Below are positions 7,828 to 17,452 of a stretch of 64,000 nucleotides of DNA, piece by piece (position 1 is the stretch's first letter; each line of letters starts with the position of its first letter). The translations under genes and the position numbers were made by a program. The notes below the pieces were generated by a model. The model had not been told where the DNA came from, did not search any database, and saw only the letters and a program-made list of their open reading frames with translations. Source of the DNA: a bacterium (GTDB lineage: Bacteria > Patescibacteriota > Minisyncoccia > JACQLN01). The DNA lies in the NCBI GenBank assembly GCA_030697795.1, contig JAUYOV010000001.1, forward strand, positions 24,486 through 88,485, read 5' to 3'.

Positions 7828-10800
7828 TTAGAATCCTGATGATTCATATCTTTTATACTGTTGTGTTGCAGCTTTTTTGCCAAAGCGATAAAACAAGGCA
7901 GGGGTTAGAAAAAGCGAAATAATAGTAGAAGATACAAGCCCCCCAAATATTACTACCGCTAGCGGATGAAGCATTTCTTTGCCTGGATCGTGCCCAGAAA
8001 TTAAAATTGGCACAAGAGCTAAAGCTGTTACTAACGATGTCATTAAAACTGGCACAACTCTGTCTAGTGTTGCTTTTACAATTGTTTCGGGCGCAAAAGG
8101 TAGACCTTCTTTTTGCACCAAAGTTAAGCTACGTCCTATAAGCATTATTCCGTTTCTAGAAACAATTCCTGCTAGCGAAATAAACCCAACCATATGCGCA
8201 AGATTCACCGATCCACCTGTAAGCCAAATTCCAACCATTCCGCCAATTAAAACCGTTGGAATATTGGTCATAATCAAAAGCGCAATTGGTATTGATCTAA
8301 AGGCGTGATATAGCACGCCAAAAATCATTATAATGCCAACAATAAATACCAAGGCTAACCTTTGTGAACTTTCTTTTTGGCTTTTATAATTTCCTTCAAA
8401 AGAAAGTGTGGTGCCCACAGGAAGTTTTTGTGATTCAATTGCGGTTTTTGCTTTATCAACCGCTCCCACCACATCGGAACCTTGATAATTTGCAGAAACC
8501 ACAAGAACTCTTTTACCGCCTTCATGATCTAAACTATTTCGACCGCCTTCAATTCGAACATCACCTATACTTCCCAACGATTCCGCTCCTTTAAAAGGAA
8601 GAGACAAATCGCGGATAGATTCCATAGAGCCTTTAGATTCTGCGTCAAAATACGACACAACATTTACAGACGCAGCCCCAAGACGAACTTGGCCAAGCTT
8701 ATCGCCCATTAATCCCATTTCAATATCGCTGGCAACCGAACCAGGAGAAAGACCATATTCTGCTAGACGGTTTTGATCAACATAAATTCGAAATTCTGGA
8801 ACAACTGTATTTTGTTGAATACGCGCATTCGAAATTCCTTTTTGTTTTTTTAATTCGGCCACAACTTGTTTAGCGGCGCGTTCCATATTTGCAGGATCAT
8901 CGCCAAAAACTTTTACAACGATTGGCGCACGCACACCAGAAATTAACATTTCTACTCGGTGGGTTATGGGTTGCCCTAAACTAAAATCTGCACTGCCGAA
9001 TTTATCTAGTATTGCTTGAACATTACTAAAAATTCTTTTGTATTCTTTTTCAGAACCAGTTTTAATAGCTATTTGTAGTTCGCTAGAATTAGCACTTCCG
9101 CCATGAGGGTCTGCCGGAGCACGACCAGCAATATGACTAACTTGGCGAATACCTTCTACCTTAAGAAGTGCGTTCTCAAGTTTTGTAACATATTCATTTG
9201 TTGTAGAAAGAGCGGTGCCTGGCGGTAAAAAAATCATTGCCACCATAGAGCCTTCATTAAAAGGAGGAATTCCTTCTTTGCCAGCAAAAAAATACATACC
9301 CACAGTAAGAAGCAAAACAATAATTATTGCGCCACCCATACTTTTTACATTCTTAATACACCAATATATCCATGGAGTTATACGTTCTTTAATTTTTTGA
9401 ACTATTTTTGTTTCTTTTTCGTGCCCTGCTAGAGCTTTATCGTTAAGCAAAAGAGCAGATAAAACCGGAGTCACTGTAAGCGATACCACCATAGATGCCA
9501 CAAGAGAAACAAGATAGGCAGAACCAAGAGCAATAATGAGCCTGCCTTCTATGCCCGGCATTAGGAATATTGGAAAGAATACAACAGCTACAAGAATGGT
9601 TGCGTAAACAATTGAATTTCTAACTTCTTGTGAAGCTTGTAAAACAATATCTTCACGATTTTCTTTTTTACCGCCCGATACCCAAACACGCAGTCGATGA
9701 AAAATATTTTCCACATCAACAATAGCGTCATCAACAAGTTCGCCCACAGCGACTGCGATACCACCCAGCGTCATAACATTTACCGAAAAACCAAAATATT
9801 TAAACACTATGGCTGTAGCAAGAATAGATAAAGGAATTGCTGTAAGAGTGATAGCTGTTGTTCTGGCATTCATTAAGAAAATAATGAGAATAAGTACAAC
9901 CAGCAACGTACCGTCTCTAAGCGCATCTTTAACATTATCTAAACCTGCGCTAATAAATTTTTCTTGTCTAAAAAGATCTGAATGCAATTCAACACCTTTT
10001 GGGAGACTAATTGATAACGATTCAAATGTTGTGTTTATGGCATCTGTAACATTTATTGTTTGTGCGTCGGGTTGTCTAATAACTCGCAAAATAACGCCTG
10101 GTTTGCCATCGATGCCACCGCTACCACGGATAGGGCTAGCGCCTTCAATTACAGAGGCAATATCTCCAATACGAATAGGTCTTGATCCTGTCATACTGCG
10201 GCCAATAGCTACTTCTTGTAAATTTGAAATTTCAGTAGGAGCAGTAAGAATGCGTATGGAATATTCTTTTTCGTCTTGCGTAACTAAACCGCCACTTCTG
10301 TTTGTTAAAGTATTTTCTATGCTTTTGCGAATATCGTCGAACATTATTTCATAACGCCGCATACGTTCGGCGTTAATATTTATTTGCCATTCGCGAACAT
10401 CTCCACCCATAACAAGCACGCTGGCTATACCTGGTGTTTTTTGAAGCGCTGGACGAATTGTCCAATCCGCAAGTGTTCGAAGTTCCATTGGGGTTATATT
10501 TGAATCAGAAGAATTGATTCCTACCCACATTATTTCTCCTAAAAGAGAAGTCGATGGACCAAGTATAGGTTTTACGCCTTGCGGTAACACAGCTTGTGTT
10601 AAGCGTTCTTGCACTATTTGTCTGTTACGCAAAATATCGCTTCCCCAAGCAAATTCAATATTAACAGTCGCTTGAGAATACGATGCATTCCCTGTTAATC
10701 TCTCAATGCCCGGAGCGCCAGCTATAACTGATTCAATCGGGTTAAGGACCAACTTTTCTATTTCTTCCGAAGCCATGCCAGGGTTTTCTGCAAAAATTGT

Positions 10801-10941
10801 AACTGTAGGTTTATTTATATCTGGAAGAATATCTACTTTCATTGTGGCGACACTCCAAATACCTATTACTGTCATAAATCCAGCAATAAGAAGCACAAAA
10901 ATTTTATTGCCTAACGACCATGAAATTATTTTATTAAACAT
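7828..10941 (-). CDS. RND efflux transporter permease, CzcA/CusA-like heavy-metal (HME) type likely
   Basis: 1037 aa, 12-TM RND architecture; N-terminus VDILPDINKPTVTIFAENPGMASEEIEKLVLNPIE matches the HME-RND start pattern. Confidence 0.8.
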   Translation of the reverse strand: MFNKIISWSLGNKIFVLLIAGFMTVIGIWSVATMKVDILPDINKPTVTIFAENPGMASEEIEKLVLNPIESVIAGAPGIERLTGNASYSQATVNIEFAWGSDILRNRQIVQERLTQAVLPQGVKPILGPSTSLLGEIMWVGINSSDSNITPMELRTLADWTIRPALQKTPGIASVLVMGGDVREWQININAERMRRYEIMFDDIRKSIENTLTNRSGGLVTQDEKEYSIRILTAPTEISNLQEVAIGRSMTGSRPIRIGDIASVIEGASPIRGSGGIDGKPGVILRVIRQPDAQTINVTDAINTTFESLSISLPKGVELHSDLFRQEKFISAGLDNVKDALRDGTLLVVLILIIFLMNARTTAITLTAIPLSILATAIVFKYFGFSVNVMTLGGIAVAVGELVDDAIVDVENIFHRLRVWVSGGKKENREDIVLQASQEVRNSIVYATILVAVVFFPIFLMPGIEGRLIIALGSAYLVSLVASMVVSLTVTPVLSALLLNDKALAGHEKETKIVQKIKERITPWIYWCIKNVKSMGGAIIIVLLLTVGMYFFAGKEGIPPFNEGSMVAMIFLPPGTALSTTNEYVTKLENALLKVEGIRQVSHIAGRAPADPHGGSANSSELQIAIKTGSEKEYKRIFSNVQAILDKFGSADFSLGQPITHRVEMLISGVRAPIVVKVFGDDPANMERAAKQVVAELKKQKGISNARIQQNTVVPEFRIYVDQNRLAEYGLSPGSVASDIEMGLMGDKLGQVRLGAASVNVVSYFDAESKGSMESIRDLSLPFKGAESLGSIGDVRIEGGRNSLDHEGGKRVLVVSANYQGSDVVGAVDKAKTAIESQKLPVGTTLSFEGNYKSQKESSQRLALVFIVGIIMIFGVLYHAFRSIPIALLIMTNIPTVLIGGMVGIWLTGGSVNLAHMVGFISLAGIVSRNGIMLIGRSLTLVQKEGLPFAPETIVKATLDRVVPVLMTSLVTALALVPILISGHDPGKEMLHPLAVVIFGGLVSSTIISLFLTPALFYRFGKKAATQQYKRYESSGF

Positions 10942-10952
10942 ATTTTTATTTA

Positions 10953-12671
10953 TTACATTTCCATTCCGCCCATTGATTCTTCTTTGTCTTTTTTATTAGA
11001 AGGATCCATATTGCTCTCTTTGGGCAATATGTCTTCGAGCAACATATCTTCTTTAATATCGGGTGTTGGGTTTATTAGATAGTGATCACTATTTTTAATT
11101 CCGCTATATATCTCTACCGATGCACCCAGAGTACGGCCAATAGTTATCTTTTTAATGAATATCCTGCCTCCTTCAGATACCCCCAACATATAAGGCAGGC
11201 CTGCTTCATTCCACAAAATTGAGGAAAGCTTAATAATAGGAGTACTTGAATTTTCTGGAGCAATAACGCGCACCGAGGCTCCGGCTGGCCAATTAACTTT
11301 ATCGATAAGGACGGCATCAGCCATATATGAACCTGATTCGTTAAGGGTAGTACCAACGCCAAGTATTTTGGCTTTATATACATCTCTTGGAAATCCAGGG
11401 CGAACGACTGAAATTTCATCTCCCTTTTTAGGTTTAACAATATTGTTTGGAATATTCATTCTTACAATAAGATTGCTATCATTGAACCCAGAAATAACGG
11501 CAATCGGCATGGTAGGGTCAACAAGATCGCCAACTTTTCTATAAATTGCCGATACAGTACCTGCCCGCGGAGATATAATGTATGATCCGCCGTTAATTTC
11601 TCTGGCCACTGTGTTGTACGCTACCTCTGCCGCATCTGCTTCTGCATGCGCCATTAGCCTCTCTTTTTCAATCGCCGACCCTCCTTCATTCACCATAATT
11701 TTATATTCAGTTTCTTTGTCATCTAGTTCGGCTTGAGTCATTCTGTAATCGGAAAGCGTATCTAAAAATTCTTTTCCATCTTCAATAGCAGATAGTTTAA
11801 ATTCGTTTACAGCTGAATCTCCTGCAAAATTTCCAGAATTATTTGCAAGCTGTACTACAAGTGAAAAATAATTTTCCGCATCTTCTATGGGTAAATCGGT
11901 AGAATTTTTTAATTTATCGGCTAATTTAAGAAGTGCAGTTTCATAAGCGCTTTGGATATTTGGGCTATAAATTCCATATTGTGGATTTAGTCCACCAAAA
12001 CGGAGATATCGCCAATCGGTAAAATTGGTTAAAACACTAACATGATTTGAAAGTGTTCTTTCTATAAAAGATCGGACAGTGTTTTTTTTAGATACTACTT
12101 TTTTACGCATACCATCAAGCGCCATAAAAGAAAGATCAGAACTTGAAGTATTGTTGCCGCTAAGAGCATTTTTTAAGGCATCAAGACGTTTTTTCTCTTT
12201 GGATGAAAATTCATCGGCTATACTTGCTTGCGCCTTAGATCGATTAGCCGCTTCGGCTTGTTCAGCCAGCATTTTAATCAGCTCGGGCGTGGCTGGCGCA
12301 GCAGATATTTTTCCTAAGATTTTTCCAACTGAAACAGTATCTCCAATACGTACTTTCCAATCAATAATTACACCTTCCCGTTGGGGTTGTATTTGTGATA
12401 CTTCCGAAGAAATAATTTCTCCAGGCCAAGAATTATTTAATTTATTGTTATCATCTGTCCCCACTATTCCAACAATAGAGGTATCATTTAAAGGGTTATA
12501 TGGAGTGGTTGTTTCTGTACTGTCTGCCTTAGTTACTTCTGCTTTGTTTACAAGGGGAAAAAGCATAAAAATAGTTACGATAATAGATAAGACCAAAACC
12601 GATAATAACGTAAGTGTGGGTGGATGGCGTTGTTTTATTTTCTGTGTAATATTTTTTAATTTTTCTTTCAT
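10953..12671 (-). CDS. RND efflux periplasmic adaptor (membrane fusion protein), Met-rich C-terminal tail
   Basis: N-terminal TM, coiled-coil/beta-barrel regions, HlyD-like; C-terminus ...EESMGGMEM; upstream of the RND permease on the same strand. Confidence 0.65.
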   Translation of the reverse strand: MKEKLKNITQKIKQRHPPTLTLLSVLVLSIIVTIFMLFPLVNKAEVTKADSTETTTPYNPLNDTSIVGIVGTDDNNKLNNSWPGEIISSEVSQIQPQREGVIIDWKVRIGDTVSVGKILGKISAAPATPELIKMLAEQAEAANRSKAQASIADEFSSKEKKRLDALKNALSGNNTSSSDLSFMALDGMRKKVVSKKNTVRSFIERTLSNHVSVLTNFTDWRYLRFGGLNPQYGIYSPNIQSAYETALLKLADKLKNSTDLPIEDAENYFSLVVQLANNSGNFAGDSAVNEFKLSAIEDGKEFLDTLSDYRMTQAELDDKETEYKIMVNEGGSAIEKERLMAHAEADAAEVAYNTVAREINGGSYIISPRAGTVSAIYRKVGDLVDPTMPIAVISGFNDSNLIVRMNIPNNIVKPKKGDEISVVRPGFPRDVYKAKILGVGTTLNESGSYMADAVLIDKVNWPAGASVRVIAPENSSTPIIKLSSILWNEAGLPYMLGVSEGGRIFIKKITIGRTLGASVEIYSGIKNSDHYLINPTPDIKEDMLLEDILPKESNMDPSNKKDKEESMGGMEM

Positions 12672-12761
12672 TTGTTTATGTGATTTTTTAATTTTTTAAC
12701 AAAAAAATCCTTGCACTATACAAGGATTTTCCGACATAAAAACATAACTAAAACGATGTTA

Positions 12762-13127
12762 TTATGTCGGTTTTATAAAGTTTGGACTTACTTCAAACAA
12801 AGATAGCCAACTTCTGATTTTGGGTTCACCTATATATAAGTTACTCCAGTACTTCCATTTTGAATAACTTAATATATTAAGTTGGAAAAAAGATAATGCT
12901 ATTAAACTTAATGTCGAAAATAGAAAAATGATTAAAGATAGAGTACTTAAAATGGTAGTTGCTAATACTAATTCTTTAGCATGGAAAATATGAGACGTAA
13001 ACTTATCATGGCTTGATGCCATATTATCCATAGAAAAAACTGAGAAAAATGCGCAAAACAAAACCGCACCTATTACGGTGAGAATTGAAAAAACAATAGA
13101 AGCTTGTTTAAAAGTGTTTTTCATCAA
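12762..13127 (-). CDS. hypothetical membrane protein
   Basis: 121 aa with 3-4 hydrophobic segments. Confidence 0.3.
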   Translation of the reverse strand: MMKNTFKQASIVFSILTVIGAVLFCAFFSVFSMDNMASSHDKFTSHIFHAKELVLATTILSTLSLIIFLFSTLSLIALSFFQLNILSYSKWKYWSNLYIGEPKIRSWLSLFEVSPNFIKPT

Positions 13128-13427
13128 TAAATCTATTTAACTTATTTAATAAGGATATACCCTATAGGGGTATCAAGTCAAGAAGTGGGTATTTGCTTAA
13201 AAATATGATCTACAGAAGATTGGGTATATAAAAAAGACTCCCTTTTATAGGAAAGGTATAAACTGAGCCAAGGTCGCTTCAACAAATGGATTGGGATATC
13301 TTTTGAAACAACTCGCCAAACAAGCTCTCCTGCACGCCAATTTCGCTCATAGCAATTCCTCCAGTTTAGGGTTTTAAAGAACTTTTGATTGAATTTACTG
13401 CCTTATTTTGCTATTATACTCTCATAT

Positions 13428-13501
13428 TGCGGGATCGTCTAATGGTAGGACACCTCCCTTTGAAGGAGGGTATCTTGGTTCGAATCCAGGTCCCGCAGCC
13501 A
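13428..13501 (+). tRNA. tRNA-Gln (anticodon UUG)
   Basis: Cloverleaf folded by eye: U1-A72 acceptor TGCGGGA/TCCCGCA, anticodon loop CTTTGAA, T-arm CTTGG-TTCGAAT-CCAGG, discriminator G, encoded CCA. Confidence 0.8.
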
Positions 13502-13533
13502 CCGTGCACGAACAGAGGTGAGAGCCTTTGTTT

Positions 13534-14592
13534 TTATATTGATTTCTTAATTTTTCTGGCTAAATTAAACAGTTTGTAAAATAAAGGTTTTATAATTATG
13601 TCTACATTGCCGATGTATTCAAATTCTTCACCTTTAAAACGCCTTTTAAACGTAGTTAGCGAAGCCCACAGCTTTTCATCTATACCGCCCAGATCGTAAT
13701 ACTTAAAACCCATTTTTTTAGATTCCTTAATGCCGTACCAATGCAAATACGTAGTTATTTTTGAAGGAAGTTCTAAAGTTGCCGAAGCGCCAAACAAATA
13801 AGTTGCCGTTCCGCCAAAAAATAAAACCATATTTATGGCTCCCACCCTACCCTCGTGTTTACCCACAAAAAAACAAATTGATAGATCATTCTTTTTGGCT
13901 TTTTTAACACTAAGCGCAATTTTTTGTATAGTTTCAAAATAACTCATATCAGGAAAAATATGCTTGCTGTTGTTTCTGTAGCTTGTATCTTTAGCTAAAT
14001 TAAAAAACTGGTTTAATTCCTCTGTATTTAAAGATTCTTTTGTTTCTACGGTTACGTTCTTTCTTTCGGCTTTTCTAACGTTAGCCCTATTAGAGGGATG
14101 GAATTCGGTTAAAATCTCTTCTTCGGTTTTATTTAAGTTAATAGCCAAATTGCGGCGAGGCTGAATATAGTATTCTGGAAAAGAAACTGCTAGACCCTTT
14201 ATTTTAAATCTCTCCTTTATGGGCGGTTCGAATCTTACAAAAATAAATTGCGGGAAATTTTCTTTAACCCACACCTGTAAAGATTTAAAAAGGTCGCCTA
14301 TTTTTTCGTTTGTATTAAAAAAATTTAAATCAAGCGCTGGACCGCGCGGAATATAACCATAAGATTGTTTTAAGGGTAAATTGCAATAAATCAAAGTAAA
14401 AAAACCAACAATATTTTCACCCGAAGTTATTTTAAAACGCTCGGTTTTTCGCCCCAGTGCGGTTTGAAAGCTACCCCACTCCCACGAAAGCATAAAACTA
14501 CCTATGGGGGGGTAATTTTTTATAACAAAACTATTCCAAATTTCTTTTTCGTCGTCAGTTATAGGTTTAATTTTAATTTCGCTATTTAACAT
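13534..14592 (-). CDS. FemAB-family peptidoglycan interpeptide-bridge aminoacyltransferase
   Basis: 352 aa; FemX/FemAB-like N- and C-terminal acyltransferase halves (WNSFV...SWEWGSFQ..., ...TYLHWYGIKESKKMGFKYYDLGG). Confidence 0.7.
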   Translation of the reverse strand: MLNSEIKIKPITDDEKEIWNSFVIKNYPPIGSFMLSWEWGSFQTALGRKTERFKITSGENIVGFFTLIYCNLPLKQSYGYIPRGPALDLNFFNTNEKIGDLFKSLQVWVKENFPQFIFVRFEPPIKERFKIKGLAVSFPEYYIQPRRNLAINLNKTEEEILTEFHPSNRANVRKAERKNVTVETKESLNTEELNQFFNLAKDTSYRNNSKHIFPDMSYFETIQKIALSVKKAKKNDLSICFFVGKHEGRVGAINMVLFFGGTATYLFGASATLELPSKITTYLHWYGIKESKKMGFKYYDLGGIDEKLWASLTTFKRRFKGEEFEYIGNVDIIIKPLFYKLFNLARKIKKSI

Positions 14593-15085
14593 TATTCAAA
14601 AAAATGGTATTACCTATTTTAATATTGTTCTTTTTGCTAAACCCTGCGTTAACTTCTAAAATATAGTTGGCTTTTTTAATGGGCAAGTAAAATTTTGGGT
14701 TCGCCGGATCAAACTTATTAGAAACATTGTGGCTAATATCTACTATTTGATTGTTGTTTATCCAAATAATATCTATAGGGAAATACATATCTGGCATCCA
14801 AAAGTTATAATAATCGGCCTTAGAGAATATAAACAACATTCCGTTTGATGCATCCAGACTAGTACGCCCCGACAAACCCTTTTGAACTTCGGCTGGAGTT
14901 TCGACAATTTCTACAGAAATTTTTGTATCATTTATTTGAACATAAGGGACACTTTGCTTAATTGTATTTTTAACTGTGGCCGTAAGATTTGTATTAACTA
15001 TGTTAAACACTGGATGTTTAACATTTTGCACCCAAAAGACCGCGGACCCTAGAAAAATTAAGCCACTTAAAATATATTTTCGCAT
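14582..15085 (-). CDS. DUF192 (COG1430) secreted protein
   Basis: Signal peptide; GMLFIF...WMPDMYFPIDIIWIN matches the DUF192 core. Confidence 0.65.
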   Translation of the reverse strand: MRKYILSGLIFLGSAVFWVQNVKHPVFNIVNTNLTATVKNTIKQSVPYVQINDTKISVEIVETPAEVQKGLSGRTSLDASNGMLFIFSKADYYNFWMPDMYFPIDIIWINNNQIVDISHNVSNKFDPANPKFYLPIKKANYILEVNAGFSKKNNIKIGNTIFLNNVK

Positions 15086-15158
15086 AAATATTTCTTTTGC
15101 ATTATAGCATCAAATCTGGATTTTTTAATAGAAAAGGGCTAATCTGAAACCAAAGTCT

Positions 15159-16307
15159 ATGGAACCCCTAGCTTCTAAAATCCGCCCAAAAAACCTAGAT
15201 GATTTTGTTGGGCAAGAACATTTGGTTGGTTTGGGCAAGCCGATACGGGTTGCTATAGAAAAAAAGCATTTGTTCTCGTTTATTTTATGGGGAACCCCTG
15301 GAGTTGGCAAAACCACGCTCGCTAAAATTTATGCCAATGCCTTAGATGCTAAATTTTACGAACTTTCGGCCGTTTCGGCCGGCAAAGATGATATTAAAAA
15401 AATTCTCAGTGAAGAAAATGGCCAACGTCGAAGGTCTGCCATTATGCAGGCTAAAGTTTTATTTCTTGATGAAATACACCGCTTTAACAAAGCCCAGCAA
15501 GATTTTTTATTGCCCTATGTGGAGTCGGGTCAGTTGACGCTGATAGGCGCCACCACCGAAAACCCAAGTTTTGAGATTATATCTCCCCTGCTCTCGCGTC
15601 TGCGAGTTTTTATTTTAAACGAATTTTCTAATGCAGAAATGGAAAAAATAATTAATCGCACCGGTTTAAAATTAAATAGCGAAGCCAAAGAATGGTTAAT
15701 TGCCATGGCTAACGGTGACGCAAGGCAAGCTATTGGCCTTTTGGAAAATACCAATAAGCTTTACCATAAAATCACGCTAGAAAATTTAAAAAATGCCTTG
15801 CAATCTAAATTTTTACGCTACGACAAAAAGGGCGAAGAACACTACAACACCATAAGCGCCTTTATAAAAAGCATGCGAGCGAGCCAACCCGATGCCGCCA
15901 TCTATTATCTAGCCCGAATGATAGATAGTGGCGAAGACCCGAAATTTATTGCGCGCAGAATGGTGGTATTTGCTAGCGAAGATATAGGGCTTGCCCAACC
16001 TACTGCGCTAGTTGTAGCTAACGATGTTTTTCGGGCTTGCGAGACCATCGGTCTGCCCGAATGCGGCATCAACCTAGCGCATGGTGTGGTTTATCTGGCA
16101 CAATGTAAGAAAGACCGCAGAGCTTACGACGCGTACAAAGAAGCCATGAGCGATGTTAAAAAATTAGGCAACTTGCCTATCCCCTTAAAAATCCGCAATG
16201 CTCCAACAAAATTAATGAAAGAGCTCGGCTACGGCAAGGGTTATGAAAAATATACCAAAGAAGATTTACTGCCAGAAAAACTCAAAAGTAGAAAGTATTT
16301 AGAATAA
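15159..16307 (+). CDS. rarA: replication-associated recombination protein A (RarA/MgsA AAA+ ATPase)
   Basis: MRP-like start ...RPKNLDDFVGQEHL, Walker A GTPGVGKTT, Walker B LFLDEIHRFNK, C-terminal MgsA domain ...ARMIDSGEDPKFIARRMVVFASEDIG. Confidence 0.85.
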   Translation: MEPLASKIRPKNLDDFVGQEHLVGLGKPIRVAIEKKHLFSFILWGTPGVGKTTLAKIYANALDAKFYELSAVSAGKDDIKKILSEENGQRRRSAIMQAKVLFLDEIHRFNKAQQDFLLPYVESGQLTLIGATTENPSFEIISPLLSRLRVFILNEFSNAEMEKIINRTGLKLNSEAKEWLIAMANGDARQAIGLLENTNKLYHKITLENLKNALQSKFLRYDKKGEEHYNTISAFIKSMRASQPDAAIYYLARMIDSGEDPKFIARRMVVFASEDIGLAQPTALVVANDVFRACETIGLPECGINLAHGVVYLAQCKKDRRAYDAYKEAMSDVKKLGNLPIPLKIRNAPTKLMKELGYGKGYEKYTKEDLLPEKLKSRKYLE

Positions 16308-16403
16308 ATTTATCGAAGTGGGACTTCAATAATTTAAGTTTGTAAATTAACAACAACACTCCGACATTCTCAAGAATATTGGAATATTGAAAAAAATTAA
16401 AAT

Positions 16404-16835
16404 ATGGAAATAGAACAACATTCAGAGGGACAAAAAGAAATATTTTTAGAACATTTGCGAGATGAAATCTGGCAAGTAGCGCAGGAAATGGGTGTTGAAT
16501 TAACAGCTGAGGAGTTAAGAGTAGCATGGGCAGGGTCAAAAATAGAAGAAGAAATGTGGGTACCGTTTAAACTGGGCGACCGCGCTTCCGATTTTTCTTT
16601 AAAGGCCAAAGATACAACTCGATCTTCCAAAGAACGTCGCGAGGCTGGCGTGCATAGTTTGGTGTTAAAAGCTGCTACTTATCTTAGAGGCTCTCCCGAG
16701 ACTTCGGCCGAATGCCTCCAGTATGCCCGTGATGTTTGGAGCGAAAAATATGTTTGGGATGAACGTGATGTGCCTCAACCGATTCCAACCCCGCAACAGG
16801 ATCAAGCTATTAAAGAGGAAAAAGAAGCTGCTTAA
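16404..16835 (+). CDS. hypothetical protein, locally elevated GC
   Basis: 143-aa ORF in a ~48% GC segment; no recognised domain. Confidence 0.3.
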   Translation: MEIEQHSEGQKEIFLEHLRDEIWQVAQEMGVELTAEELRVAWAGSKIEEEMWVPFKLGDRASDFSLKAKDTTRSSKERREAGVHSLVLKAATYLRGSPETSAECLQYARDVWSEKYVWDERDVPQPIPTPQQDQAIKEEKEAA

Positions 16836-16849
16836 AATTTTTATTAAAA

Positions 16850-17452
16850 ATGAAAAGAGTTTTTATTATTCACGGCTACGATGCCACGCCCGAAGACAAT
16901 TGGCTCCCTTGGCTTAAAAAAGAATTGGAAGCTAAAGGATTTGATATTGCGGTGCCCCAGATGCCCGAAGCCGATAACCCAACCTTGGAGAAATGGCTTT
17001 CGCATATTCAACAACTTATCGGCGAGTGCGATGAAAACACTTTTTTGGTCGGCCATAGTTTAGGCACTATAACTATTTTAAGATTTTTAGAAGCTTTGCC
17101 CGAAAACCAAAAAGTTGGCGGAGTTGTTTTGGTAGGCGGTTTTTCTGAATCTTTAAACTTTAAGCCCTTAAAAACATTTACCGAAAAACCGCTTGATTAC
17201 GAAAAAATAAAAAGATCAATAATAACTGACCAAATTAGCACGAGCTTGCGATCGCAAGCTCGTGCTAAAGAAAGAATAGTAGCTATACATTCTACTGATG
17301 ACCCCAGCGTTCCTTTTAGATTCTCCGAAATTATTCGCGACAAGCTTAGCGCGGAACTTATAACTCTGCATGGACTCGGCCATATAAATTGGAAGAGTAA
17401 TTGTCTTGAACTACCACAAGCCTTGGTTGCTATACTCAAAATGAATGAATAA
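16850..17452 (+). CDS. RBBP9/YdeN-like alpha/beta serine hydrolase carrying an in-frame palindromic insertion
   Basis: IIHGYDATPEDNW...GHSLG nucleophile elbow ...HG.GH; a 34-bp perfect palindrome (17235..17268) encodes an extra loop. Confidence 0.65.
   Translation: MKRVFIIHGYDATPEDNWLPWLKKELEAKGFDIAVPQMPEADNPTLEKWLSHIQQLIGECDENTFLVGHSLGTITILRFLEALPENQKVGGVVLVGGFSESLNFKPLKTFTEKPLDYEKIKRSIITDQISTSLRSQARAKERIVAIHSTDDPSVPFRFSEIIRDKLSAELITLHGLGHINWKSNCLELPQALVAILKMNE
17235..17268. repeat. perfect palindrome centred on CGATCG, intragenic and in-frame (copy 1)
   Basis: ttagcacgagcttgcgatcgcaagctcgtgctaa; near-identical copy at 63476..63507; related palindrome at 19481..19516. Confidence 0.9.

Noticed and set aside
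9809-10354. Plus-strand 181-aa ORF inside the RND permease gene. Similar antisense ORFs occur at 7979..8308, 10706..10999, 12079..12699, 49116..49595, 52190..52567, 53368..54166 and 19507..20001
   Set aside because: They fall entirely within long, well-supported genes on the opposite strand, have low-complexity translations and lack RBS context. They are shadow ORFs
13381-13427. Sigma-70-like promoter for tRNA-Gln (TTGATT ... TATTAT)
   Set aside because: Spacing between the candidate -35 and -10 boxes is ~21 nt, outside the functional 16-19 nt range
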